From Atractiella rhizophila (taxonomy: Eukaryota), in contig MU271427.1 of the NCBI GenBank assembly GCA_021432655.1, positions 1 to 64,000 on the forward strand: a stretch of DNA of 64,000 nt, given 5' to 3'. The notes under the pieces are model-generated. The model was not told where the DNA came from and did no database searches. It was given only the letters and a program-made list of their open reading frames with translations. This document shows positions 23,241-35,706 of the stretch, in pieces. The position numbers and the translations under genes were made by a program. Position 1 is the stretch's first letter; the number at the start of each line of letters is the position of its first letter.

Positions 23241-25449
23241 TCGTACCCTCTCCTGCTTTGGCACCGGCCGCCGCCCAACGTAACTGACTTTCTTTCGAGC
23301 GTCACCCCTCTGTGGACGGCCCCCTTCTCTCCCGTTGCCTTAGTTAATCTACTCGGCGCCAACATATTGATCGGCGATATCGACAATGGCTCGGCTCACT
23401 TGAACGAAGTTAGGAGATGCACTCTTGCAGACATCTACGTAAAACGTAGGAGCTGGGTGCGCACGCATATGTGGGGATCTAACGGACAGGGAAGGTCGAA
23501 GGAAGGGGGCCGCGGAAGAAGAACCAGAGGAGGCAGCGAGAAAGGGGCTGAGTATAAGTCGTTTGTGAAGGGCGTCGGAATAAGGGACTGTGAATTAGTC
23601 GTTCGAGATTGGAAGATGGAAGTCGAAGTCGAAGAGACCATGAAACGCCCATCATCGTCAATCCTTCGTTTCTTGACGCTCGCGCTTCATTTCCATCATC
23701 GCAGGCAACCGCCGTCAGAACGACTGAACCGCAAAGTTCTGCACCGAACGGACTCAAAGGCTTCAAACTTCAGTCTCTCTCCATGGCTCCCTCCCCTTCC
23801 CCACCCTTAAGCGCGCACCCCGTTGTTTGAGCGTAGATATGAAGTCCCCATTGCCCTCTTCGAGTGAGAGGCGGAGAAGTGTGGATCTTCGAAAGGGGAC
23901 GGGCGTGGGATGGAGGTGGAGGGACGAGCGGTTGCGTGACCGGATTGGGAATGGTAATACAAATGGCTGAAGGGATGACTAGAGAGGAAGAGGAGTACGT
24001 ATTCCATTCGTCCTTCTTCAAACGGCTAATCCTGCGATAGTTGGGGGAGGAACGGTCATCCTGAAGCGTGAATCTCGCTTTGTTCCCTCAACGAATCCCC
24101 TATCCATTATCATGCTCATTCCCATGCACTTAATGAGGTAGTCGACAGTGTGTACTTCTTGCACCTGTTCAGTGTCTCCCCAGTGCTTTTGTGGGAATAG
24201 AATATGATTGTTACTGGTATCAGGCGGGTGCAATCTCATTCTTACCTCAGTGACTGAAATCAGCCCCCCACAAGCGCTGTGCTTGTGCACCCGTCGTCAA
24301 TCGAATGTTTCTTGCTAAAAATATGTGTCGATTCACTCGAGTAAGTCCCGTAGCTATACGACGCTTACACTTCTTCCTTCCACCAGCCCTCCGCCCCTTC
24401 CTAGTCAGCCCTCCATCTGCCTGCCTAACGTCGTTGCCGTAGTTGTCGTCCATCTGTAGCTCCCGCTGTCACAGCCGCTTATCAGGTCTCAAGCGGGAAA
24501 GTGAAGTTGGTCATGTGGCGGTAGGGGAACGTCCGCAAAATCGGTGGGAGGGGAAGTGATTAGGATTTTGATTGTGCCCGGCGGATCCAAGGGATGGGCG
24601 GTTGCTGTGTAACGTGGTTTGATGGATGTAAAGGTTTGTAATAAGAACGAGGGTTCAGGATGATCCGAATTGTCACGGGAACGCAGATTTAGGATTTTGA
24701 TCCAAGTTGTTGAAGAGATCCGAGGTGGGCTTGGATGGAACGAATCCAGGAAATGACTGAGGAAAGGGTTGGATTTAGGATTTTGATCCAAATTGAAGAG
24801 ATCGGAGGCAGTTTTTTATGCCAGATGCAGAAAATGAGGCGTCATTATCAGGGACAAATTACGTCTTAAAATTCAGGCGCCTTAGTAGTTACCACACGTG
24901 CGACCAGCCGTTTCAAAGAATAATTTGGATCAAACGATCAAAGAGGCTTTCCTCGGTCATTTTGATTGACGATATGGATCAAACGCATCCGAGTTGCAAA
25001 AGTTACACGAGACTTTCAATCCTTCTTTGACGTTCTCCGCTTTGCTGCTTTAATCGCTGCATTCCTAGCGTTCCTATTGAAATCAGGGGCGGGTTTGCAG
25101 TCACGGAGATGCCTCCATATCTTGCCTCTTCTTCGTATCTGGGATCCTTGTCGAAGTCGTGAGACCAAAATATTATGTCGACTTATTCTCGGCGTCGCGC
25201 CACCAGGCAGCCAACAGGAAATAATCCTCTGTCGAATTTCATCAGAAATACTGCCCCCCTCAGACAAGTTTTCGTTGCCCTTGCAGTTATCGCGACTTAT
25301 GTCGCCTCCCATCCTAGCGTTTCTGAGAGCGGGGGGAGAGCGTCGATTGACGCTGGCTTTTTACTTGCTGCCACTGAATATGTTTAGGGTTAGTGCGTTG
25401 GACAAGGGAGCAGAGCAAGCTTTAGAGGCTCTCCAAGGCTCAAACCAGA

Positions 25450-26351
25450 TTCGGACGACCCGAAGATTTGGGGTAAAGAGATAATGATCCTTAACTTCAG
25501 TCACAGACAACTTCGCTTCGTCCGCTTTCGATATCCCCAGCAGTTTGGTGTCCTGGCTAATCAGTTCCTCTGCGAACTCAGTTCCTGTCCAACGCCAGCT
25601 TCACCTTCACGAACCCCAACATTGTAGCAAGTGGTTCGGTTCGGCGAGATGTGCTTGTGTAGGTACTTTAACCTCTCTCAAGCTATCTCTCCGCCCCGAA
25701 TTCTTCTATTCCTACTCTCTCATACATGCTTCTCGAATGCCGCTTCGCTCCAAATGACTATGTTTCCGGTTCCTCCAACCAACGACGTTGTCAGCCTAGT
25801 TCGGTAACTATGTCGACTAGACGAGTTATGATTTCTAATGTTCATGAAATCACAATGTTTTTGATGCTCTAGCAGCCCACTCCTACTTATCTGGTAGATC
25901 GTGGCGCCGCCCTCGCGGGTCGACGTGCAGCAACGATGTGTTCGAGAGCAGTCGTAGATTTTTACTTCGAGGAATCGCACGAATCAATATCTTTTTTCGT
26001 TAAAATCAAATGAACAAATAAGTTGGCGCTGTGAGATGCCAGACCAGCAGGCTTCCGGAAGGCAGAGGCAGGAATGTCGCATATAAGGGCAATAATGAAG
26101 ACATATTCGAGTTTATATCGCTCCCTTTCCGAAAGGTTCATAGAGGATGCCTTATTAGAATAAGGGTTGAACCAGTCTGCAAATAAACCAAACACCAAAT
26201 TATTGGGACTGAGTATAAATATTCCTAGTAGAGTCTGTAAACTTCTTCTAAGCAGGCTTATGCTGCGCATAATGCCATCTTCAGCTTTACGATGCTGGCA
26301 TTGTCGTAGAGCTTGTTCAATGTCAGTTCGAACCAGAAAGGATTTAACCAA
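25450..26351 (-). mobile_element. Heavily deleted CACTA/EnSpm-like transposase remnant
   Basis: NLVFGLFADWFNPY, NLSERERYKLE, ALICDIPA..RKPAGLASHS motifs, compressed by deletions. Confidence 0.65.
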
Positions 26352-26999
26352 GACTCAAAAGACTGAGTTGTATAATAGAAGCGAGGGACTAGGTGGGACC
26401 CTTCGCCTTTCCGAGGCGCTTCTCAACAAGGATCACTTCTCGCTGTCGCACGATGAACACAGGCTGTTGGAGTGTTTTAGCCGTAGACTTGGACCGGAGT
26501 CGTTCTGACTGACGAAATTTTGCTTTCCCAATAGTGAACTAGAAACAGGCAAAAATTTATGAAGAACATGGGGAAAAGAGGTCGAGAGGAATTGGAAGTA
26601 AGGCACCCCCTTAGATACTCCGAGTCACCATTCTCAGCTAGTTCTCATTTGCGCCATGAGCCTCCTCTCACAGTTCAAACATGGCGATGGTGAGAAGAAA
26701 AACAAGAACAAGAATAATCTGATCCACTGTCTACCTGAATTGTACCCAATGTGCGGCTTGCTTATATCAAGTGGTACAGGGCTGTTCGAGCAACACCTCA
26801 GTGCCTTTCAACATGTCACGTTTGCAGGCACATTTGTGAATGCACCAAAGCCTTTTCAGTAAATATGCGTTGTGATGATACTATGGGCTCAACAGAATGC
26901 ATTGCCACAATAAAATGGAGTCTTTTTTCCATCACACAAGTGGAGAACAAGAAAGGATGCAGAATGACCACTGAGACTATTCGCCACAGCAAAACAAAC

Positions 27000-27200
27000 A
27001 AACTGAAAAAGAATCCGAATGTCGACACCTCTTTCCTCCACCTTGCCGTACGCGCAAAGCTGTTTCCTTCGTGCACATGACAGACTTTCGATGACCAGAT
27101 CCGTCCCAGTACGAATACGTGATTTCTGCGGGTTCGGCTTTGATGAGTTCTTGGTTGGCGAGGAACTCGAGACGCAGCTCTCCTTTGATCGCTCGTTCTT
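27000..27200. pseudogene. Scrambled XAP5/FAM50-like gene fragments
   Basis: Plus strand 27000-27038 KLKKNPNVDTSFL; minus strand about 27198-27061 ERAIKGELRLEFLANQELIKAEPAEITYSYWDGSGHRKSV. Confidence 0.8.
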
Positions 27201-28389
27201 TCGCCTATATTACTGGCGGCAAGTCCGCGAATTGTCTGTCATCAAAAACAAACAAAGGTGTGCTCTGGCACCTCCTTTCAGTTTTAAAATTTTATTGTGG
27301 GAGACAAGAGTGATTGAAGGCAGAAATCTGTCAAGGGAGGATGGATTGGATACATATGAGGCAGACAGGATTCAAAATTAATACCGAGTGAAGAGGAAGT
27401 CTTAACTCCAATACTCAATAAGCGTTGATTGTTGGTTCGGAGCCTTACTTATGTCATCAGTGCCATTTGTGGGCTGGAGGAGAACTAGCCTTGGGTCTCA
27501 GTAGCAAACTTGCGGCCAGTCTGTACACGGAGTGCCATCTCCACAAAGTTAGGTTCAGTGGAAGTCTGGCGTACCACCTCTGTTTCGAAATCTGGAGCCT
27601 AGAAGAAGAAAAGCATATGTTGTGCTGAATCCTATTGTTGGGGCTCCCGATTGATCCATTGTCGTGAGATGACGAGCTCCATGCTCGTGCTTGGGTGATG
27701 ACGGCAAGATGCCTGCTGAGGGTTGAGATTGAGCTTCATTGGTTAAAACAAGGCAAATCAATACTTGCCCAATTATATACGTCTTCGAGATGAAAATGGG
27801 AACTAGCCCCATGTGAGTCAGGTCTCGATCAAAGGACGCGACGTACTTGCAAAATGATAGGCCGTATCCGGTGAAGCCAAGAAGAGGATGAGTTCAAGGA
27901 TTTGAATGAATGATGTGAGCACGTTGGCTCCGACGCCAAATTGGATTAACTGCTTCAGCGATATTTGCACTTCCTACACTACAATAACCAAGCAAGAAAC
28001 CTACACGCAATATCAGGTCTGTCGTTGCCTGAAGTTATATCAGCGCGGACAGACATGGGTAGAAGGAGACCGACAGAGAAGTCGGAGCTGCTCAGATGCT
28101 TCTTGAAAGCCAGCGTGAAAAAGAGTGCAAAAAGGCAGTCGACAACGGCGGATCCACCAGGCTGCACCGAAGCACCCGTTTCCATCTCACCAAAGTGATT
28201 TCGAAAACCATCCCAATAAGTCTCATTTTTTGTTACCTTTAGGACAAATTTGGGACCTCCTCCAAAAACTCACAAAACCTCCCAAACTCCCAAAACGAAG
28301 TTGACAGGGCCTCAACTCGGGGTTAAGGTTCTAGCTTCAGAAGAGTCAGCTTGACACAAACCCCTAGGGGGAGAGTACTCTTTCGTCTT

Positions 28390-28540
28390 TAGGGATGGCT
28401 ATCGTACCGTATCGTCGTCTCAGCACCACTTCCGGACGGTACGTGTCCCTGTCTCGGCTCGTATCGTACCGTAACAAATTTCCATTGTCAGATACGTACG
28501 AGTACGGCGGAAAACGGGAGAATACGACGGATTACGGGTT
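28390..28540 (+). mobile_element. hAT-like terminus with sub-terminal repeats
   Basis: Begins TAGGGATGGC, followed by clustered TCGTAC/CGTA/TACG motifs. Confidence 0.5.
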
Positions 28541-31403
28541 ATATGGCAATAGCAATTTCATCACGTCTTAAGTGTCACGTGTCACAGTTTCGTCGCTTCT
28601 GACCAGCTCTGCAACGTCATCCTCCAATTTCATCAGCTCTATTTGCAAACTCTGTAAGCTGAGATTTCCGAAGGAAGCGCGCAATGTGATCCTGAGCATG
28701 ATAAGGTCGTGTATCTCAGTATCTAGACAATGACAGCAAATATAAAAGCCCAGAAACCAAAATTCTGGTCCTAGTCCAACGCACGTGAGTAAGTCACTGA
28801 GTCGCGCCGTGATCACCAACACTCATCAACCAACCGCTCTCCCGAGCTCTCCCAGAGCTCTTCTTTCAACTCTCTTCGACCGCATCCTCTCTTTGCCACC
28901 AACTCCCCAACCCGAGAACACATTCTCTAACTGCAGCCACACCCACCAAAGCCAACGCATGACCTTCTTGAAGGAAATGGCACTAGAAGGCGGTCAGATG
29001 AGTAGCAACACCTTGCTAGACATGAATTTGGGTCTTGACAAATGTGCGAGCGCTGCGAAGTGCGAGATAACAAATAAGTGTGTGTTGCATTTAGTATGTA
29101 AGGGAACTACATTACCTGCGAAGTGCGAGATAACAAATAAGTGTGAATCTCGCACTTGCAGGTGAAAGGGTTTTATAGCTAAGGTCCCTGTGGCGAAAGA
29201 GAAGTTGCCACAGTTCCAGAACACGCTCGACGAAAGTGGAAACGCGCAAGTGCGCAAGTGGCGAAAGGAGGAGGCGTACGATTTTGTCAAACTCCCCCTC
29301 GCATCCTACTTTCCACTCATTCCAATTTCCTGCATAGCTCCATCTATCTTCAATCTCGAAACCCCCTTTGTAAGCACATCAGCAGGTAAGTCCTTCGTGT
29401 CCATATAGTGGATTTGGATTTTGCCGCTGATAACGCATTCGCGAGTGTAATGATAAGGGATGTCGATGTGCTTTGTTCGTTGACGGAAGATGGGGTTGTT
29501 AGCGAGCTGATGAGATCCTAGGTTGTCGCCGAAGATAGTTATTGGAGCGTCGATAGGGAATCCAAGGTCGTCAAGGAGAGTGCGGAGCCACGACGCTTCT
29601 CGAGCTGCAAATGAAAGGGTGACGTACTCGGCTTCTGTGCTCGAAAGAGTAACTATCGACTGCTTCTTGCTTCTCCATACGACAGCGCCGCCTGCGTTCG
29701 TGAAGAGTGTCCCGGAAATCGATTTCGATCGTGGCTGGCGGCGAAGTCTGAGTCGGAGTACCCAGTAAGTTCATTTCCTTCTCTGTGGTAGGTGATTTTG
29801 AAGTCCGTTGTGCCGCGTAGGTAACGGAAGATCCTCTTGATGGCTTTCCAATGCTGAGGTGAGGGGTTGTCCGAGAATTGGGCGACTTGGCTGACGGCGA
29901 ATGCAAGGTCCGGTCGTGTCGCTATCATGAGATAGAGGAGGGAGCCGACTGCTTCCCTGTACCGACCGTTCCAGGATTTTGGTATGTGTGCTCCTTCGTT
30001 TCCGCCTTCCCCTTCATTCGTGGCTGGTTCTAACTTCCCTCCAAGCTCGAATGGCGTTGCGGCGGCGTTGCAGTTTTTCATTTCAAACTTCTCCAGCAGG
30101 CGCTCTGTGTAAGCTTGTTGATCGATGGAGATTCCATCGTTAGACTGCGTGATGCGAATGCCTAAGAACTGGTGAGCTCTTCCTTCGTCCTTGAGTTTGT
30201 AGTGTTTCTGAAGCGCTTCCTTCACAGCTGCTGCTTCCTCATCATCCTCGGCCATGATGAGGATGTCGTCGACATATAGTCCTACGAGCTAGTACTTTCC
30301 TGTTTTCCCATCTCGTCTCGTGTAGATTGTGGCCTCTGACCTGCTTTGTCTGAATCCCAGCCTTCTCAATTTCTTATCGGCATCCCCGTTCCATACCCGT
30401 CCACTCTGGTGCAAGCCGTAGACGCCTCTCGTCGCTTTTATCACCCAATCAGGGTGTTCTGGGTCTTCCCAGCCAGGAGGTGGTCGAAGATAGACCGGTT
30501 TCTCAAGTTTACCATAAAGGTATGCCGTTGATACATCTACCATGTGTCCTGGCCACTTATTCTTTGCCGCAATGGATAGGATAAGGCGAAATGAGGGCAT
30601 GGAGAGGACTGGGGAGAATATCTCGTCGTAATCAACGCCTTCGCGCTGTGTGTACCCTTGTGCAACTACCCTTGCACGATATCTGACAGTCTCTCCCCCT
30701 GGACCTAGCTTTTCCCGCAGCACCCATCGTGACCCAATCACATTTTCCCCCTTTGGCAACGGCACCATCTCTCCAACGTCCCTTTCCCTCCACGACTCCC
30801 TTTCCTCATCAAAGGCGGCTTGCCATTCGACGGCATTCGGACCAGCGACAGCCTCTTCGTATGTCGGAGTGAGGTTGCGAGAGGAGGAGGCGACTGTGAT
30901 GCAGGCTACTGTGTCAGATAAGGGTGAGTTGCCGAAATACTTTGCTCTATTGTCTTTCTGAGCTTCCGCAGGTGTGCGCCATGTGCGCTGTGGGCGTCCT
31001 GGAGGCGGCAATGGTTCTGTTTTCGCTTTCGACGGCCCTTCGGTGGGTTTCTCCCCCTCATTAGGTTGTTCTCTTGTTACGACTGGAATTGATGCTGTTT
31101 CGGGAACAGGAGGCTCCGCTGGTTCGCTCGTTTGGACTTCGACAGGCTGTAGGAGCGTTGCGGGGTGCGTTTCATCGAATTGAACGTGTAGGTGCTTGGT
31201 CACTGATCCGTTCTTGGGATTGTAGATCCGATATGTTTTGCTTTCCCAATCGTAGCCGACCAACCTGCCCTCCGTTGATCGTGTGTCGAGTTTCTGTCGG
31301 TTTGGTTCAGGAGGGATCAGACTGTGTGAGTTCTGCATCCCAATACTCGCAGGTGGTCCACTGACGGTTTCTCACCGGTCCAGGCCTCGTACGGTGTCTT
31401 TCC

Positions 31404-32823
31404 TGTCAGAGTTTGGCACCGTTTTAAGCTGCATTCGTGCCACTGTCATTTGTGGCTCTAGTTTTCTCTCCCCTTTGCCGTTTCTCTCTTTTTGCCGAGT
31501 TCCTTAAGGTATAAAAAGTCCATTATAACTTCATTGTAATTCATTCCTTTCGACCCTTGGAATCAACAAATGGTAGCGAGAGAAGTTCGATTTACAAGCA
31601 CCTGCCCACTCGTAGCCACTTGATTAATACAACCATGTCCAATGCCAACCTTGACTCTCTCATTCAGTCAGTTCCCAAACTTACGGAAACCAATTATTAC
31701 GACTGGAAATTCGCTGTCTCGTTGGTGTTGAAGAGAGGTGGTTGCTGGGAAGAAGTGAGTGGAGTGGTGGAGGAGCCTTTGGCAGAGGAGACGAAGAAAC
31801 TGAAGAACTGGAAAGATGCAAACGAGGTTGGGCTGACGATCGTCGGATTAAGTGTCGATCCATCGCAATTCATCTATATCCGAGATTCAGCTACCGGGGG
31901 CAGCGGCATGGAAGGCTTTGAAAGACAAGTATGAGAAGAACAGCCGCGCAAACCGTATCACGCTTAAACGCCGTTTCTATAACGCGAAAACACGACCCCT
32001 CGAAGCCAATTGAGTCCTACGTTCAAGAAGTTTCTGCTAGTGCGTCGAATCTCAAATTGATCGGGCTCCAGATCTCCGATACCGATATTACGGATGTCCT
32101 CATTTTCAACCTCGCGGAGGACTGCGGGAACCTTGCTGGAACATTAATGGTGACTAAGGAAGAGTTATCCATTCAAGATGTTATTGGTGCTCTCAGGGAT
32201 GAGGAAAGGGAGAAGAGGAGGTTCAGGGGAGTCAAGAGGAGGAACTGGGGAGGCACTCCTCACGAACGCGAGAAAGGTTCAGAAGGCGTGATCACTCAAG
32301 TTCCGATCGACAAATCAATTGCTGGGTCTGTGGAGACTCCGGACATCTGGCACGAGATTGTTCCGAGAAGGCATTAGCGAAGAAGGATAGGTCGGAAGCG
32401 CGCATTACTGAGGCATTTTAATTGTGGAGACCTCAAGATCTGTCGAAGTTTGGCGCAAAAAGGCGGCTGGGAATCAATTGCAAAAGTGTGGCTTTGATCC
32501 TTCGACGTTGTGGCATCTGGGGTAAAGAGAATTGCTGGAATAAGGGGGAGTGAGGAGCTTTCAATTGTTATTGGAGTGTGTTTCTTTTTTTAAAGTTAGT
32601 TTCTTTCGTTGGGTACCTTTAGTTCCATCGTGGCACCTCATTTGCTCAAGGGGGAGTTTGTCAGAGTTTGGCACCGTTTTAAGCTGCATTCGTGCCACTG
32701 TCATTTGTGGCTCTAGTTTTCTCTCCCCTTTGCCGTTTCTCTCTTTTTGCCGAGTTCCTTAAGGTATAAAAAGTCCATTATAACTTCATTGTAATTCATT
32801 CCTTTCGACCCTTGGAATCAACA
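31404..32823 (+). mobile_element. Second gag-only LTR retrotransposon (1420 bp), nested antisense in the Copia pol
   Basis: 165-bp LTRs 31404-31568 and 32659-32823 look identical. TSD TTTCC (31399-31403, 32824-32828); PBS TGGTAGCGAGAG at 31571; PPT AAGGGGGAG; no pol. Confidence 0.93.
31635..32420 (+). pseudogene. gag: Gag with CCHC knuckle, frameshifted; homologous to the Gag at 5771-6577
   Basis: VPKLTETNYYDWKFAVSLVLKRGGCW; SDTDITDVLIFNLAE; ALRDEER; knuckle CWVCGDSGHLARDC near 32320-32361 in a shifted frame. Confidence 0.85.
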
Positions 32824-35309
32824 TTTCCTTCAAGGGCAGAGGTTGGGCGCCGGTTAATGATGTGGATGGCGGCCATGGCGAGCTCCCCCCACAACTTCTT
32901 GGGGAGGTCGGACGTGTGTAACGTGGAGCGGATGAGGGCGGCGATCGTGAGATTGAGGCGTTCGGCAACGCCGTTCTGCTGGGGTGTGTAAGCAGCTGTG
33001 TGCTCGTGTTTGATGCCGTGCAACTTGAGGTATGTCTTGAACTCATTGCTTGTATATTCGCCGCCGTTGTCTGATCTTATTGTTTTGATCTTCAGGCCAG
33101 TTTTGAGTTCGACTTTCGCTTTGAATTCCTTGAACGCGGAGAATACATCGGATTTGTACTTCAGTAAGTAAATCCACGTTCTTCTTGTTGCGTTGTCCGT
33201 AAAGCTGAGCCAGTATTCAGCTCCTCCGAACGATTTGACGGGCGCAGGACCCCATACGTCGGTGTGAATCAGTTCGAGCTTTTCCTTTGCGCGTTCGGTA
33301 GGGCCGGAGGGGAATGGGAGCTTTCGTTGCTGGCCAAGGAGGCATCCAGCGCACGGTGAGTGGTGATCCTCCTCTCCTATCTCTAGCCCTCTAACCATTT
33401 CCTCTTCTTGTAGAAGCTTGAGGCTCCCGCTTCCGATGTGATCTAAACGGTAGTGCCAGACGTGTGAGGAGGCAGGCTTTGTGGCAGCGGTAAAGTTTGT
33501 GCTTGCACCGTCGTTTGTAGTGATTATTGATGCATCTAGCCTTCGCAGTCCACCCTCTGCCACAATCTCAGCCACCACCGTACCATCTCCCTTCGCCACA
33601 TTTCCTCGCCTGTGTGCTGAGAACACGACGTCGAAGCCTCGAGCATTCAACTTGTCGGTGGAGAGGAGAGCACAATCGATTTCGGGGTCATAGAGAGTGT
33701 CAGTAATTTCAATTTCTCTTTCTATTCCTTTGATCTTTGTTAATGCTTTGACAGTGCCGATGCCAATTGCTTGCGTGACGACGCCGTGGGAGGAGTGGAT
33801 GCGACGTGTGTGGGGCTTGAGTGAGGAGAACCAATTTGCGAAGGGCACGATGTGGTCCGTGGCAGCGGAATCGACATAGATCCCATCACGGTGTGTCCCT
33901 TCCCCTGTAACCGTGTGGAAAGCCTCTGAGATCTTGGCTTCTCCAGGCTTCTCTCCTCCTTCTCTCTTCTTCTTGCGGCAATCCCGCTCCCAATGTCCCT
34001 CGATGCCACAGTAGTGGCACTTTCCCCGCTTCTTCTTGCTCTTTGACTTCACTCCACCACTCCCACCGTTCGGTTTGGTGAAGTGCTTCCCTCCTCGCCC
34101 TGTTTTCGTTACTAACGCTTCTGAGGTAGTCTTGGACTCAGGATTCCTACGGTCCGCTTCGAGCAGGAGACGGGAGGCGACATATGAGGATGTGAAGTCA
34201 GAGGGTGGCGACGGCGTTGAAGGGGGAGACGACCTCGATCCAGGATTGTGGGAGTGAGATGAGGAGGAGCATTGCGATATCCTCATCGTCAGTCTTGTCT
34301 CCCATCGCTTTCAACTCCTGTCCCATGGTTCTGATTCGGTTTACGTGCTCCCGCATAGATTCACCTTCAACATAACGCACCGTGTAAAGCTTCTGGCGGA
34401 GCAGTACGCGCGCTTGTCGGTCCTGAGTCTGGTAGAGCTCCTTGAGCTTGTCCCAGACCTCTTTAGGTTTCTCAACTTCGATGTCCCGGATATCTGTGAG
34501 TACATGGTCCTTGCATGCTTCGATGATGATTGAGTAGGCTAGGTATGCTCGCTTCGTCCAATCCCTCTGTGACGCTTCGATTGTGTCAACTCTCGCGACA
34601 TTCTCCGGTTTCGCAGCCTCCGCTCCCTCGAGACTCGCTGGCTTGGGATCCGTTCCTGCAACGATCCCCCAGCAGTTCCTTCCGAGGAGCTTAGCCTGGA
34701 CTCGAAAGTACCAGGTATGGTAATTTTCCCGTCTTTCGAGTTTCGCGATAGTCGATGCAGCAATGAACGATGTGTCATTACCTTCAGACATCCTGGGCTC
34801 GTGAAGCGACGGAGAATTTGGCTAGATATGAATGTATCTCTCGCTACCAATTGACAAATGTGCGAGCGCTGCGAAGTGCGAGATAACAAATAAGTGTGTG
34901 TTGCATTTAGTATGTAAGGGAACTACATTACCTGCGAAGTGCGAGATAACAAATAAGTGTGAATCTCGCACTTGCAGGTGAAAGGCTTTTATAGCTAAGG
35001 TCCCTGTGGCAAAAGAGAAGTTGCCACAGTTCCAGAACACGCTCGACGAAAGTGGAACGCGCAAGTGTGCAAGTGGCGAAAGGAGGAGGCGTACGATTTT
35101 GTCATATCAGACATAGCATCAACATTCAATCATTCAATTCACAAGTGTAGACTGAGACCTCCAAGAGTGAGGAAAGCAAATAGGCACGTGCAAGTGAAAC
35201 CCATCTTTGAAACCACCATCCTTATAGAAAAAGCACGACGGGTTTGACCATGACTCACGCATGTACTTTTGAGCACTTCTCTCACCACTCACAACACCCC
35301 TGCCAGTAA

Positions 35310-35550
35310 TCTGAGCATACCATCAGAATACGCGTGTCGGCGCCTTTCGAACCGTATACAACAAAGCCTATTTGAAAGACGAAAAAAAGTTGTTTTCCTT
35401 ACTGACTCAATTGACTCCTTGGTCCACAACAACCCCATCAAAATTCTGAGCATACCGCCAGAATACGCGTGTCAGCGCCTTTCCAATCGTATACAATAAA
35501 GCTTATTTAAATATAAAAAATACTTGTCTTCCATGACTGAGTCAAGTGAC
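35310..35550. repeat. Diverged direct repeat (~135-bp period) upstream of the Helitron ORF
   Basis: CTGAGCATACC..CAGAATACGCGTGTC.GCGCCTTTC.AA.CGTATACAA.AAAGC.TATTT at about 35311 and 35446. Confidence 0.75.
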
Positions 35551-35621
35551 TGACTGCGGCACTTTGACAAAAATTTCCTTACCTACTCAAATAAGCCCAC
35601 AAAGTGAAGAGTTTGCGTGAT

Positions 35622-35706
35622 GGTGTAGTTGGTGTATGGTTAGTAGTTGAGTCTTAACTGATTGGTGCTGGTGTGGGTTTGAGTCTCAGTTATGTCACAT
35701 TTTTTT
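35622..35706 (+). ncRNA. Decayed tRNA-like (Pol III A/B box) sequence
   Basis: A-box-like TGGTGTATGGTTAG, B-box-like GGGTTTGAGTCTC, ends pairable via G-T wobble, followed by a T7 run. No anticodon can be assigned. Confidence 0.35.

Larger units (their letters stand above)
29300..34791 (-). pseudogene. Copia gag-pol polyprotein
   Basis: Gag (KLERRENYHTW), knuckle CHYCGIEGHWERDC, protease YVDSAATDH, integrase IHTDVWGP/IRSDNGGEY/QNGVAERLN, RT YRARVVAQGYTQ and YVDD, RNase H GYSDSDFA. Broken by frameshifts, a TAG at 30289-30291 and the insertion at 31404-32823. Confidence 0.93.
29036..35104 (-). mobile_element. Ty1/Copia LTR retrotransposon, full length but disrupted
   Basis: LTRs 29036-29289 and 34852-35104 (TGACA...TGTCA, a few differences). 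Minus-strand PBS TGGTAGCGAGAG at 34838-34849; PPT GAGGGGGAG next to the 3' LTR; gag-PR-IN-RT-RH order. No matching TSD. Confidence 0.95.

Noticed and set aside
24561..24800. Three TAGGATTTTGAT repeats
   Set aside because: The repeats are real, but spacing is irregular and no element boundary or function could be supported.
34198..34286. Programmed gag-pol frameshift
   Set aside because: The shift falls inside Gag before the zinc knuckle and the element has other lesions, so mutation or sequencing error is more likely.
33481..34533. Plus-strand ORFs overlapping the Copia pol, and similar antisense ORFs over gag and pogo
   Set aside because: Antisense shadows of recognised coding frames with no independent motifs.
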